This document shows positions 18,536 to 28,016 of a stretch of DNA of 64,000 nt, piece after piece; position 1 is the stretch's first letter; every line of letters starts with the position of its first letter. The DNA is taken from NCBI GenBank assembly GCA_965228855.1, contig CBDDIJ010000003.1:3328001-3392000 (forward strand), read 5' to 3'. Both the position numbers and the translations under genes were made by a program. The notes below the pieces were generated by a model. It worked only from the letters and a program-made list of their open reading frames with translations, was not told the origin of the DNA and did no database searches. The stretch comes from Candidatus Obscuribacterales bacterium (GTDB lineage: Bacteria; Cyanobacteriota; Vampirovibrionia; Obscuribacterales; Obscuribacteraceae).

Positions 18536-20020
18536 TTAACGTAGCGTCGTAAGCGCGATCTTCATTTCCGCAGCGGTCTGGAATCGCTCCTCTAAACGAT
18601 GCGCGGTCGCGGCCGCCAGAACAGCATCGATGGGTGAATGAGCGAACTCATCTACAGGAGAAACTTCAAGCGGAGCCGGGTCTCGCCCAGCCAGAAGAAA
18701 CCAGAGTGTGCATCCCAGAGAGTACAAATCGCTCTGGGTCGAGGGGCGCCCCTTGATCTGTTCCGGAGGCATGTAGGCATATTTTCCAGCCATTACGCTG
18801 AGTTTAGTGTCATCGACCCGCTGGGCAATCGTAAAGTCTATCAGCTTTATCGTGCCATCCTGACAAAGAATCAGATTGTCCGGCGAGATATCGAGGTGCA
18901 CCATAGGCGGTATCAGGCCATGCAGGTACTCGAGAATTTCGCAAATTTCCACTCCCCACCGGCAGGTGCTGGAAAGACTCGCCGGTCCGTTTTGTTTTAC
19001 CAGCCGCCTGAGGGAATGTCCGTTGACGTGCTCGAGTACTAGATAACCGCGGCGGTCTTCGATGAAGGAGTCTAGAACCCTGACAATGCCGGGGTGTGCA
19101 AGCGATGACAGCATGCTCGCTTCATGATTGAATGTATTTACGTCCTCGCGATCGCCATCGCTGCCTTCCTTTACAGAAAAGACAAACTCTTTTAGCACAA
19201 CGGTCAGTGCAGCCTCTAGAGGCAGGAGGATGCCTTCGGAAAGCGAGTCTACTACTCTAGCCAGATAGATTGTGCCCTGCCCGCCGGACGTCAGTTTTTC
19301 CAGAACTTCTATCGAACCTTGTCTCAGCTTGTCGCCTGAAACAAGCTGTCCTTTCCGCACACGAACCGTAGACCTCGAAAAATAGTCCAACCAGATTGTG
19401 GTATGGCTCGGGCTGCCGTCATTAATACCGGTGTGTTTTCTTGGCAGTGATACCACCACCTGCGGTGCGTACTGTCTTGCTGCGTTCAGCAGATCCAGCG
19501 GTTCGATCCAGGAGAATGCGTTTTCAGCAGTTAGAATATATCCTCGCCGGTCAAATGTTTCAATGCAAATGAAAGGGGATTCGTAGTCTCCCTCAGGGTA
19601 GCTGCAAATTTGAACTATGGTTCCCCAGGGAAGGGAGTAGCCGCCGGAGTTAGGCCGTATCGCTTCACCAACTCTGCCGAGAAGAAGACCTTCTTTGCTC
19701 ACGCCGGCGATCTTGAGTAAAGAGGTATCCTCTCCTTGCAAGCGCCAAACCAACAGGCCTAAGGAACACAACGCGATCCCGACGGCTGCCACGACAGCCA
19801 GGACTGGATGCGCCGACACAAACGCCGCGGCACCGCCCTTGAAGAACCAGAGCGCTAAAGCCGCAGTCGGAATTGTCAAACAAAGGAATAGACCATACTT
19901 TGAATCGTCTGAAGAATTGCCCGCCTCTGGCTTCGGCAAGTTTCTGATCAGGCGAAGCGATGACAGCGTCGTGGTTGCGCGCAGGTCATCATTGCCTGGA
20001 GAGCTGAATGAGGGGGACAT
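18536..20020 (-). CDS. Membrane Ser/Thr protein kinase (Hanks type)
   Basis: Two TM helices, GGQGTIYLA, VVLKEF, HLDISPDN, IDF, GKYAYMPPEQ and SDLYSLG. Confidence 0.9.
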   Translation of the reverse strand: MSPSFSSPGNDDLRATTTLSSLRLIRNLPKPEAGNSSDDSKYGLFLCLTIPTAALALWFFKGGAAAFVSAHPVLAVVAAVGIALCSLGLLVWRLQGEDTSLLKIAGVSKEGLLLGRVGEAIRPNSGGYSLPWGTIVQICSYPEGDYESPFICIETFDRRGYILTAENAFSWIEPLDLLNAARQYAPQVVVSLPRKHTGINDGSPSHTTIWLDYFSRSTVRVRKGQLVSGDKLRQGSIEVLEKLTSGGQGTIYLARVVDSLSEGILLPLEAALTVVLKEFVFSVKEGSDGDREDVNTFNHEASMLSSLAHPGIVRVLDSFIEDRRGYLVLEHVNGHSLRRLVKQNGPASLSSTCRWGVEICEILEYLHGLIPPMVHLDISPDNLILCQDGTIKLIDFTIAQRVDDTKLSVMAGKYAYMPPEQIKGRPSTQSDLYSLGCTLWFLLAGRDPAPLEVSPVDEFAHSPIDAVLAAATAHRLEERFQTAAEMKIALTTLR

Positions 20021-20071
20021 TATCTACCTGCCAATCTTCCGGTCGACCATTTTCTCGAGTTCAACCATAAC

Positions 20072-21538
20072 TCATCGTATCGAATCAATCATAGGTTTCA
20101 ATCTATTCAAAACTTCTTTGATATCGGGTCGCTCATTCGCCGCGTCCTTTGTGCAGTCACTCAGAAGCACCGACAAAGGTCCGGGCACATTAAGTCCGGC
20201 ATAGTCGGACGGTGACAAATTTTGGAACGGCTCAGGGTCGTGTCCAGTGATGCAATAGTGCAAGGTCTTCGCGAACGAGTAGACATCACTGGCTTGAACA
20301 GGTCGCCCCTTGAATTGTTCGAGCGGCATGTAGGCGGCTTTTCCGATAACAGTTCCAGTGACGGTGGTGAGAAAAAAATTGGCGGCACCAAAATCGATCA
20401 AGGTCAGTTTGCCATCTCGCTCGAGGATGAAATTGTCGGGGGTCAAATCGCGATGCACTACCGGTGGTGACTGACTGTGCAAGTAAGCTATTAGTTCCGC
20501 GATCTCCGACGCAAAGAAAATTGTGGTTGCTGCAGTACACTTCCCGCGGCTCGCTACAACGGTCCTCAGGTTATTCCCCTCGACAAACGGCATCAGGAGA
20601 TAGTGCCGCCCCTCCTCAACGAAGTAGTCGTAAATTTTTACTATCCGGGGATGGTCGAGTTTAGCCAAAAGTTCGGCTTCGCGCTTGAACAATCGCTCGA
20701 TCTCTTTCACAGCCTCAGGCTCGGTAGATTCAGGAACGATCGCTTCTTTCACAATGCACGGGTCGGCGATTGCAGAACCGGCTAGATAGATGGCGGAAAG
20801 GCCACCCGTCGCGATTTCAGTATGGATGCGAATTCTGCCTTCTTGAAGTTGCACTCCTGGACTGAGCGGTACAAACGCCGTTGGTGCATATCGTCTGTTA
20901 TATTCGGAAATCCAGTGATCAGTCGGATTATATTCACCGTCGCCGCGCGGGCTGTCAGGGTTTATCTTGATGGGCAGTTTATCCAATGATGGATAAAATA
21001 AAACATTGCTTCCGAACATCCGGAGGGCTCGAATAAGCATCTCCAACTCTCGCCTTTTGAAACCGTCAAGGCGATACATGAGATTAGTTCGATCGTGGAA
21101 AACAAATTTCATTGCAGTGAGCTGGTCGTCAGCCACATTATTACTCAAAAAAGAAACCTGCTTCAGCTCAGACCACGGACGATGCAAACGGAAGCCGAGA
21201 GTAACCAGCGCTGCACTAGGAAATAGTATGCCATCGTGATTAATTTTGAGTCTTTGCCTGGAAAAGAAAACGGCTGAGGCACACTGAATTCCGATCATGA
21301 AGACGAGCACGCAAACCAGATAATAGAGTTTGAGGAAAAATGTGAGTATAAAAACGATTGTAAAAGACCAGCCGACGATTGTTTCACTGATTGACTTCGA
21401 GCGCGAACGTCCGCCGGTTCCTAAGAGCGCTTCGGACATTTTTGGTCTGTAGTTGATCAGGACGGCTTGTTCCGAGCTGTCGTTGAGGCGTGTTGGGGTG
21501 GTCATGGTCGGAGGAACTGAGGGAAGGGCGAGCACCAA
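20072..21538 (-). CDS. Membrane Ser/Thr protein kinase (Hanks type); start uncertain
   Basis: TM helices, GGLSAIYLA, IVKEA, HRDLTPDN, IDFGAA, GKAAYMPLEQ and SDVYSF. Confidence 0.9.
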   Translation of the reverse strand: MVLALPSVPPTMTTPTRLNDSSEQAVLINYRPKMSEALLGTGGRSRSKSISETIVGWSFTIVFILTFFLKLYYLVCVLVFMIGIQCASAVFFSRQRLKINHDGILFPSAALVTLGFRLHRPWSELKQVSFLSNNVADDQLTAMKFVFHDRTNLMYRLDGFKRRELEMLIRALRMFGSNVLFYPSLDKLPIKINPDSPRGDGEYNPTDHWISEYNRRYAPTAFVPLSPGVQLQEGRIRIHTEIATGGLSAIYLAGSAIADPCIVKEAIVPESTEPEAVKEIERLFKREAELLAKLDHPRIVKIYDYFVEEGRHYLLMPFVEGNNLRTVVASRGKCTAATTIFFASEIAELIAYLHSQSPPVVHRDLTPDNFILERDGKLTLIDFGAANFFLTTVTGTVIGKAAYMPLEQFKGRPVQASDVYSFAKTLHYCITGHDPEPFQNLSPSDYAGLNVPGPLSVLLSDCTKDAANERPDIKEVLNRLKPMIDSIR

Positions 21539-21811
21539 GAAGCGTTCGGATTATTGGTGTTGCGTGCTAGATTGCGGCTTATGTCGAACTCCGCACTATG
21601 GTAGCAGTTTCAGAGCAGCGCTCGCTGGTTTCAAGTAGACGAAGGATGACGTGAATGAGCAATTCCGCCTGGAAGCTGACTTTACCAGTGGCAATATCTC
21701 AAGCAGCGAACTGTATAACTTCTGGCATGAACACTTCGACAATTATAAGTTAGATGACGTGAAGTCCCGTCCGTGTTGTAATCCCCCTGAGGGCGATAGA
21801 AATTGAATTAG

Positions 21812-22009
21812 CTATCGCATGTCCTTCTTCGGTGGCGTCTCAACGCGTTTCAGGCCAAAATCTTCAGCGTCAACTTCCTTCTTGTTGCTCTTCTGCTCGA
21901 CCGAGCAGTTGCGGGACATTCAAGTCTGAATGCCCATCTTCGGGAGGATCCAAAGTTGCATTGCAAAATACAACACAACGAATCCAAAGAACAAAAATAC
22001 GTTTTCCAT
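21812..22009 (-). CDS. Putative 65-aa single-TM selenoprotein (in-frame TGA at 21922-21920)
   Basis: Translates as MENVFLFFGFVVLYFAMQLWILPKMGIQT-U-MSRNCSVEQKSNKKEVDAEDFGLKRVETPPKKDMR*. GGTGA RBS-like sequence upstream and a SECIS-like hairpin 11 nt after the TGA. Not in the ORF track. Confidence 0.72.
21893..21908 (-). promoter_or_regulatory. Candidate bacterial SECIS element
   Basis: mRNA UGA-AUGUCCCGCAA-CUGCUC(GGUC)GAGCAG: perfect 6-bp stem, GGUC loop, 11-nt spacer. Confidence 0.7.
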
Positions 22010-22301
22010 CACGTTCACCGTTGTTCGCTTTATTGGTGAGTTAGCATCTGTCGTAGTACGCATCATATTCACCTCTGACTTAAGTATAGCTCGAAAAATT
22101 CAATCAGGAACGACCTAGCAATCAGCCGCGGTCGAACTGGTAGAAACGAGTCCAAAGTCGCGGTGGAGTCAGGAAGCGTGCCGGTTCATCAAATAAGCGG
22201 AATGCAGGAAGAGAGTTGCACGCTGCCGGATATCGCGGTTTAATACTAAAGTTAAGCAACCGGACAAATCGCCGGCAGTCATACGGAGTCTCTTCAATCA
22301 G

Positions 22302-24167
22302 ATGGCAACAAATCACCGCAGGTTTCAACTTGCACTAGCTCTGGCGGTCTCATTGCTTATGCCACTGCCCGCGGCGGCAAGTGATGAACAAGAATCCAGC
22401 GCAGATCCTGTTGATACCGGAGTCGTCACAGAATCCGCCAAAGCAGCTGTCGAATCGAAGGCATCAACGAATTTGATGACTGAACCGCCGAAGATACCTG
22501 ACCTGCCGGCACCGGTGCCAGGCGAGGAGAAACTTGTAGAGCGGCTGTCCAAACGCGACTTCGAGACAGCGCAGAAGTTGATTAAGAAACGGTTGAGTAG
22601 GAAAAACACCCGCGCCCAGAAGGCGGAACTGCTAAATCTCCTTGCTTACACTTACTACAGACAGAACAAAACCCGCAGTGCCATAAAAATTTTGGAACAT
22701 CTTTCGGATGACAATACCTCGAAGGAAGGCAAACGCGCAGGTGTTTTGCGAGAGAAGAGGCTAGCCGACATGTACGTTCATCTACCTGATGAACAGAAAG
22801 CAATCGAGATGTACAAGTCTGCACTCGCAAAAGCAAATAAATACGATCGCAACGATTCAATCCGAATATCAATTTTGGAACCGCTTACCGGACTGCTTGT
22901 AGAGAAGAAGGAATTCGAAGAAGCTCAGCCATATGCGGAAGAGCTAACATCACTCTGCACCGCTCGAGTCAAAGCCGGACATATCGCGGAAGTCGTTTCA
23001 CTTTTCTGGGCGCATACACACCTGGCAAGGATTTATAACGAAACCAAAAACTCTGATGCGTCAGCAAAATTTACCCCTCAACTTCTAGCACTGCTCGATC
23101 CTTTACTTACACTATCAGCGAAATACCAGGCGAATTCACTCGAAGAAGATCAAAAGGCATATGTGCGCTTTCAGAACAAGATGCGGGACGAATTCATCGA
23201 AGATAACACGCCCAGGACATTGTCAGAATATCTCTGGCTGAGCTCACAATTCAGAATGCGCGATCTCCCGCTTACAAACTGGACTGCAAGCACCGGAGCG
23301 AAACCTAAAGCTGCTATTCTATGTGTTCACGCATTGGGATTGAGCAACCGGGCTTTCGGTCCCTTAGCGAAGGAGCTGACGAACCGCGGATTCACGGTCT
23401 ACGCGATGGATGTTCGCGGCTTCGGCGCATGGCAACACGAATTCGGAAGCGAGACAGTTCACTTCGAACGAGCTATGGATGATGTCAAATCCATTTTGCA
23501 ACTTATCAAAATGCGCGAGCCAGGCAAGCCGGTTTTTCTACTCGGGGAATCGATGGGCGGAGCAATTGTGCTGAGGGCCGCAAGCGACTATGCCGGCGAG
23601 ATGTCTGGCGTTATATCTTCGGCGCCCTCGGCGAAGCGTTACGGTGAGGCAAAACTTGCAGCGCTTGTTGCCCTTCACTTGTTCAGAAAACCAACCCAGC
23701 CATTCGATATCGGCGAGCAATTGGCTCAACAAGCCACTAGCCAGGAAGATTTACGCGAGATATGGAAACATGACCCGCGAGCGAAGGTCTCCTTAACTCC
23801 TATCGAATTGATCAAGTTCAATAAGTTCATGATCGACACAAGCAAGTCATGCAGCTCGATAGACAATGTGCCGATCATGGTCGTGCAAGGGCAAGCCGAC
23901 AAGTTGGCAAAGCCGCAAGGGACCTATCAGATGTACGATTCTGTTTCCTCAAAAGACAAAGCGATGCTCATTCTAGGCGACGCGGAACACCTTATTTTTG
24001 AACTGCCGAATCAATCAAAAGTTCTGCTCGACGGTGTGACAAGTTGGTTGGATAATCACCTGGCAATGCAAGCGTCGAAGCCTATACCGAAGCCCGTAAC
24101 TTTAGAAAACAAAACCGAGAAGCAAAGCAAGGCTCGAAAAGCAGCGCGAAAAAAGGCTCAGCTTTGA
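22302..24167 (+). CDS. Exported TPR plus alpha/beta hydrolase (lysophospholipase-like) fusion
   Basis: Signal peptide, TPR helices, CVHALG, DVRGFG, nucleophile GESMGG, then GQAD and AEHLIFE triad residues. Confidence 0.85.
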   Translation: MATNHRRFQLALALAVSLLMPLPAAASDEQESSADPVDTGVVTESAKAAVESKASTNLMTEPPKIPDLPAPVPGEEKLVERLSKRDFETAQKLIKKRLSRKNTRAQKAELLNLLAYTYYRQNKTRSAIKILEHLSDDNTSKEGKRAGVLREKRLADMYVHLPDEQKAIEMYKSALAKANKYDRNDSIRISILEPLTGLLVEKKEFEEAQPYAEELTSLCTARVKAGHIAEVVSLFWAHTHLARIYNETKNSDASAKFTPQLLALLDPLLTLSAKYQANSLEEDQKAYVRFQNKMRDEFIEDNTPRTLSEYLWLSSQFRMRDLPLTNWTASTGAKPKAAILCVHALGLSNRAFGPLAKELTNRGFTVYAMDVRGFGAWQHEFGSETVHFERAMDDVKSILQLIKMREPGKPVFLLGESMGGAIVLRAASDYAGEMSGVISSAPSAKRYGEAKLAALVALHLFRKPTQPFDIGEQLAQQATSQEDLREIWKHDPRAKVSLTPIELIKFNKFMIDTSKSCSSIDNVPIMVVQGQADKLAKPQGTYQMYDSVSSKDKAMLILGDAEHLIFELPNQSKVLLDGVTSWLDNHLAMQASKPIPKPVTLENKTEKQSKARKAARKKAQL

Positions 24168-24206
24168 TAGATCGCCTTAATACTGCGCATAGTGGCATTA
24201 AACCAC

Positions 24207-27200
24207 CTACACGGGCTTCGATGTATCATCGGCGTCTTTCTGGTTCGTAATCCGGTAGAGCGTTGGCAGGACTACGAGCGTCATGGCTGTGGCGGTCAGC
24301 AGTCCACCAAACACGACGGTCGCCAGTGGTCGCTGCACTTCCGCACCGGTTCCGTGCGAAAAAATCTTGGGCAACAGACCCATCGTTGCAACCAACGCTG
24401 TCATCAAAACGGGTCGCAATCGAGTGGTGGCGCCTTGCACAATAGCCTCTCGAATCTCAACGCCTCTAGTCTGCAACTGCATTATATAACTCAGCATGAT
24501 GACGCCGTTTTGAACAGCCACTCCGAACAGCGCGATAAAACCGATGATCGCTGGAACCGATAGCGTCTGCTGAGAAACAAACAAACCCACAATGCCACCA
24601 ATTAAAGCGAACGGAACGTTCAGCATAATCAACGCCGCGTTTTTTATCGAGTTAAACGACGAAAAGAGCAGAATGAAAATCAAGCCGAGAACAATTGGAA
24701 CAACGATGGATAGCCGTTCCATCGCCTTGCGTTGATTTTCGAATTGACCGCTCCAGACAATCTTGTAACCCTTCGGAATTTTCACATTCTTTGCCACCCG
24801 CTCCTGAGCTTCAGCGACGAACGAACCCAGATCCCTATTACGAACATTCGCCAGCACTGCAGTTCTTCGCTGACCATCCTCGCGATTTATTGTCACAAGT
24901 CCACGCGACCTTACAAACTTAGATAAGTGGTCCAGCGGAATTCGAGCACCAGTTGGCGTGTCAACGGCGATCTCGGCAATGTCTTGCGGGCTATCGCGGT
25001 ACAACTTGTCGTATCGAACCAGAACGCCGAAACGTCTGTAAGCCTCGATAACTTCGGTGACGCTGTCACCCGCAAGAGCAACTCTGAGTATTCCCAGCAC
25101 ATCATCTGAGTTTAAACCGAAACGCGCGATCGCTCGCCTATCGACTTCAATCTGAAGTTCAGGCAGACCGAGCAAGTGCTCACGCTGCAGGTCAACGGCA
25201 CCGCGTACGCTGGAAATTTCACCTTGAATTTCTTCAGCCAGCTTCGCAAGCACCTTTTCGTCGTCTCCAAAGATTTTGATACCGAGGTCAGCACGAATAC
25301 CGGCAACGAGGTCGTCAATCATATCGGCAATCGGCTGAGAAAAACTGTAGGAAACACCAGGAATAGACTCGAGGCGCGCGGACATTTTGTTGATCAGTTC
25401 CTCTTTGCTGTGCGCCGTTTTCCACGTGCTGAGCGGTTTTAGTCCAATATAAAAATCAGATGCATCCACCCCATCAAGTCCCGGGCCGTTCGTCGGTCTC
25501 CCGGTCCTTGAAACTACCACCTCTACTTCCGGAAACTCCATCAAAAGCTTTTCAATAGACTCGGCATAACGCCTGGAATTTGTGTGCGAAACACTAGCAG
25601 GCATCTTCGTTCTCACAAGAATTGAGCCTTCATCTAACGTGGGTATGAACTCGGATCCTAGAAAAGGCAGCAAGCAGAAACTCGCTGCCAGACAGGCGAG
25701 GCTTGCCCCTATAACCAGTTTAGGTTTATCCAGAGCAAAATTTAAAACAGGAATATATTTGTTAGCAATCCAGACTACAGCAGGATTTTCGCGCTCTACG
25801 ATTTTCCCGCGCAATACCCAAAAGCAGAGAACCGGAATGATTGTCAGAGAGCACAGCAGCGATCCGGTTATCGCGTAGATAAACGTTAAAGCCAGAGGCT
25901 GGAACATCTTGCCTTCGATGCCTTCCAATGCGAACAACGGCAGATGAACCGCGATGATAATGCTTATTGCGAACACCACCGGCCGACCGACTTCGCGCGC
26001 GGCGTTGAGCACAACCTCAAACGTGTTGACCTTCTCAGAAGAGTGCCATGCCTTCGACAAATGGCGATAAATGTTTTCCACCATAACGACGCCGGCATCG
26101 ACAATTACGCCAAAGTCGACGGCGCCCAACGTCATCAAGTTCGCGGTCAGCCCCGTGTATTTCATTAGGATGAAACTAAACAGCAGCGAAATCGGAATTA
26201 TCACAGAGACGATTAACGCGCTCGGTATATGCAATAGAACAGCGGTCAAAATTACGATGACCAGTCCGCCGCTGAAGAACAAAATTTCTTTGACGGTCTC
26301 GATGGTCTTTTCTACTAGTTCGGTTTGGTCATAGAATGCAACTAGCTTCACCGACGGTGGCAACTCTCTCCGGATCTCCTCTACCTTTTCTTTGACGTGC
26401 TCCACAACCGCCTTTGTATTGACACCTTTGCGCGTATAGACGATCCCGATTACAGTTTCACCCCGCCCATCCTTCGACGCAGATCCGCGACGGAACGCCT
26501 CACCGATTGTCACATCGGCAACTTGGGAAACTTTTATCGGCGTACCGCTATACTCTTTTAAAACGATGTTCTTGATGTCATCGAGCGTCTTGATCCGACC
26601 GATTCCGCGTATAACGACCTCTTCACCGGCTTCCTCAATGAAATTGCCGCCGATGTTATCGTTGTTTGCGGCGACAATTCGTACGACGTCGGCAAGCTTG
26701 ATGCCAAACTTCCGCAACTGCATCGGGTGAATTACCAACTGATACTGTTTAACGAAACCGCCGAAGCTGCCGACATTGGCGACGCCGGGGACAGTTCGCA
26801 ATTTGCGGGCGATATCCCAGTCCTGGATAGTTCGCAACTCGGTGTTATTCAAATGATCCGATTCGAGCGAATACATATAAACCTGACTGAAGCTCGAAAT
26901 AACCGGTCCCAGCTCAGGCCGTCGCACCCGCTGTGGAAGGCTCGATTCAATCTGCATCAGGCGCTGCTGCACTAACTGTCGCGCAAAATAGACGTCGGTA
27001 TCGTCGTCAAAAATAGCCGTGACGACGGACAGTCCAAAACTCGAGGACGACCGAATCTGTTTTATCTTCGGGAGCCCGTTCAGAGCATTCTCGATCGGAA
27101 ATGTGATGAGCAACTCAATCTCTTCAGTTGCCATGCTTTCCGGTTCAGTGATGATTTGTACCTGAACATTACTCACATCAGGAAACGAGTCAATCGGGAT

Positions 27201-27299
27201 ATTGAGCATGCTCCAGATCCCGAACGCGACCACCCCGACCGCGACAATAAGCGTCAGCAGCCGTTGCTTCAAAGCAACGCGAATCAAATTATCGATCAT
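24207..27299 (-). CDS. czcA: CusA/CzcA-family heavy-metal RND efflux permease
   Basis: IPIDSFPDVSNVQVQI, ANLMTLGAVDFGVIVD, EGKMFQPLA, RLRPVLMTA and GAEVQRPLATVV; 1030 aa. Confidence 0.92.
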   Translation of the reverse strand: MIDNLIRVALKQRLLTLIVAVGVVAFGIWSMLNIPIDSFPDVSNVQVQIITEPESMATEEIELLITFPIENALNGLPKIKQIRSSSSFGLSVVTAIFDDDTDVYFARQLVQQRLMQIESSLPQRVRRPELGPVISSFSQVYMYSLESDHLNNTELRTIQDWDIARKLRTVPGVANVGSFGGFVKQYQLVIHPMQLRKFGIKLADVVRIVAANNDNIGGNFIEEAGEEVVIRGIGRIKTLDDIKNIVLKEYSGTPIKVSQVADVTIGEAFRRGSASKDGRGETVIGIVYTRKGVNTKAVVEHVKEKVEEIRRELPPSVKLVAFYDQTELVEKTIETVKEILFFSGGLVIVILTAVLLHIPSALIVSVIIPISLLFSFILMKYTGLTANLMTLGAVDFGVIVDAGVVMVENIYRHLSKAWHSSEKVNTFEVVLNAAREVGRPVVFAISIIIAVHLPLFALEGIEGKMFQPLALTFIYAITGSLLCSLTIIPVLCFWVLRGKIVERENPAVVWIANKYIPVLNFALDKPKLVIGASLACLAASFCLLPFLGSEFIPTLDEGSILVRTKMPASVSHTNSRRYAESIEKLLMEFPEVEVVVSRTGRPTNGPGLDGVDASDFYIGLKPLSTWKTAHSKEELINKMSARLESIPGVSYSFSQPIADMIDDLVAGIRADLGIKIFGDDEKVLAKLAEEIQGEISSVRGAVDLQREHLLGLPELQIEVDRRAIARFGLNSDDVLGILRVALAGDSVTEVIEAYRRFGVLVRYDKLYRDSPQDIAEIAVDTPTGARIPLDHLSKFVRSRGLVTINREDGQRRTAVLANVRNRDLGSFVAEAQERVAKNVKIPKGYKIVWSGQFENQRKAMERLSIVVPIVLGLIFILLFSSFNSIKNAALIMLNVPFALIGGIVGLFVSQQTLSVPAIIGFIALFGVAVQNGVIMLSYIMQLQTRGVEIREAIVQGATTRLRPVLMTALVATMGLLPKIFSHGTGAEVQRPLATVVFGGLLTATAMTLVVLPTLYRITNQKDADDTSKPV

Positions 27300-27483
27300 A
27301 AAGTCTCCAAACCCAATCGAATTTGATGAGCCTAGTTTTCGCGACTAGATGAAACTCAACTCAATCCGGTCCTTTAACAACCGCATTGAAACTCAATCGG
27401 ACAAATCTAAAAACACCAGCGAATCTGCACGCAGCGATAGACGAAATCCGTTTCGCATCAGGATTCGTTGCATCGCAGATGTT

Positions 27484-27825
27484 TCAAATTAATAGAGCCC
27501 GCTTAAACAACCATAATCGGTTTTGCCGGTAAGAAATAGCCGGTGGAATATCCCAGTTTTGCCGGACTGTGACAAGGAGCGCCGGCAACAGGAAGAGCGT
27601 AAGAAAAACAATCGCTTGTAATTCCGGATTCAAGCCAAGGTCGTCTGCGCTACCGCCGGCGGTTCCTAAAAATGGATCCAGCGGTACGACATGCTCCAAA
27701 CTCATATCCTGAACATCTTCCACATCGTAGTTATGCGCGATGAACGACAGCCCACCTACCATAGACAAATACTGCACAGCAAGCAGTAAAACGGTAGTGA
27801 ATATGACTTTCGCAGACACCGACAT
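27484..27825 (-). CDS. Small hypothetical membrane protein upstream of the RND gene
   Basis: Two hydrophobic segments, same strand as and directly upstream of the czcA-like gene. Confidence 0.5.
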   Translation of the reverse strand: MSVSAKVIFTTVLLLAVQYLSMVGGLSFIAHNYDVEDVQDMSLEHVVPLDPFLGTAGGSADDLGLNPELQAIVFLTLFLLPALLVTVRQNWDIPPAISYRQNRLWLFKRALLI

Positions 27826-28016
27826 TTAAAACACCTGTGCCAAAAATGTAGCTCCAGCGTATCATAAATTCCGAAAAAGCCAACTAATTCCTGAACCACT
27901 TCAGCATATTTGTCGGCTTCCCAGCAGTTTTGTAACTGAAGAGCCACAATTGCAAGGGCTCTGCGCGGCGCCTGATAGACTAACTCTTCAACCAGAGGCA
28001 CTTAAGGATTGTACAT

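Noticed and set aside
21540..21767. Short open stretches upstream of the kinases, possibly a gene remnant
   Set aside because: No start or RBS and no recognisable similarity; too short to support.
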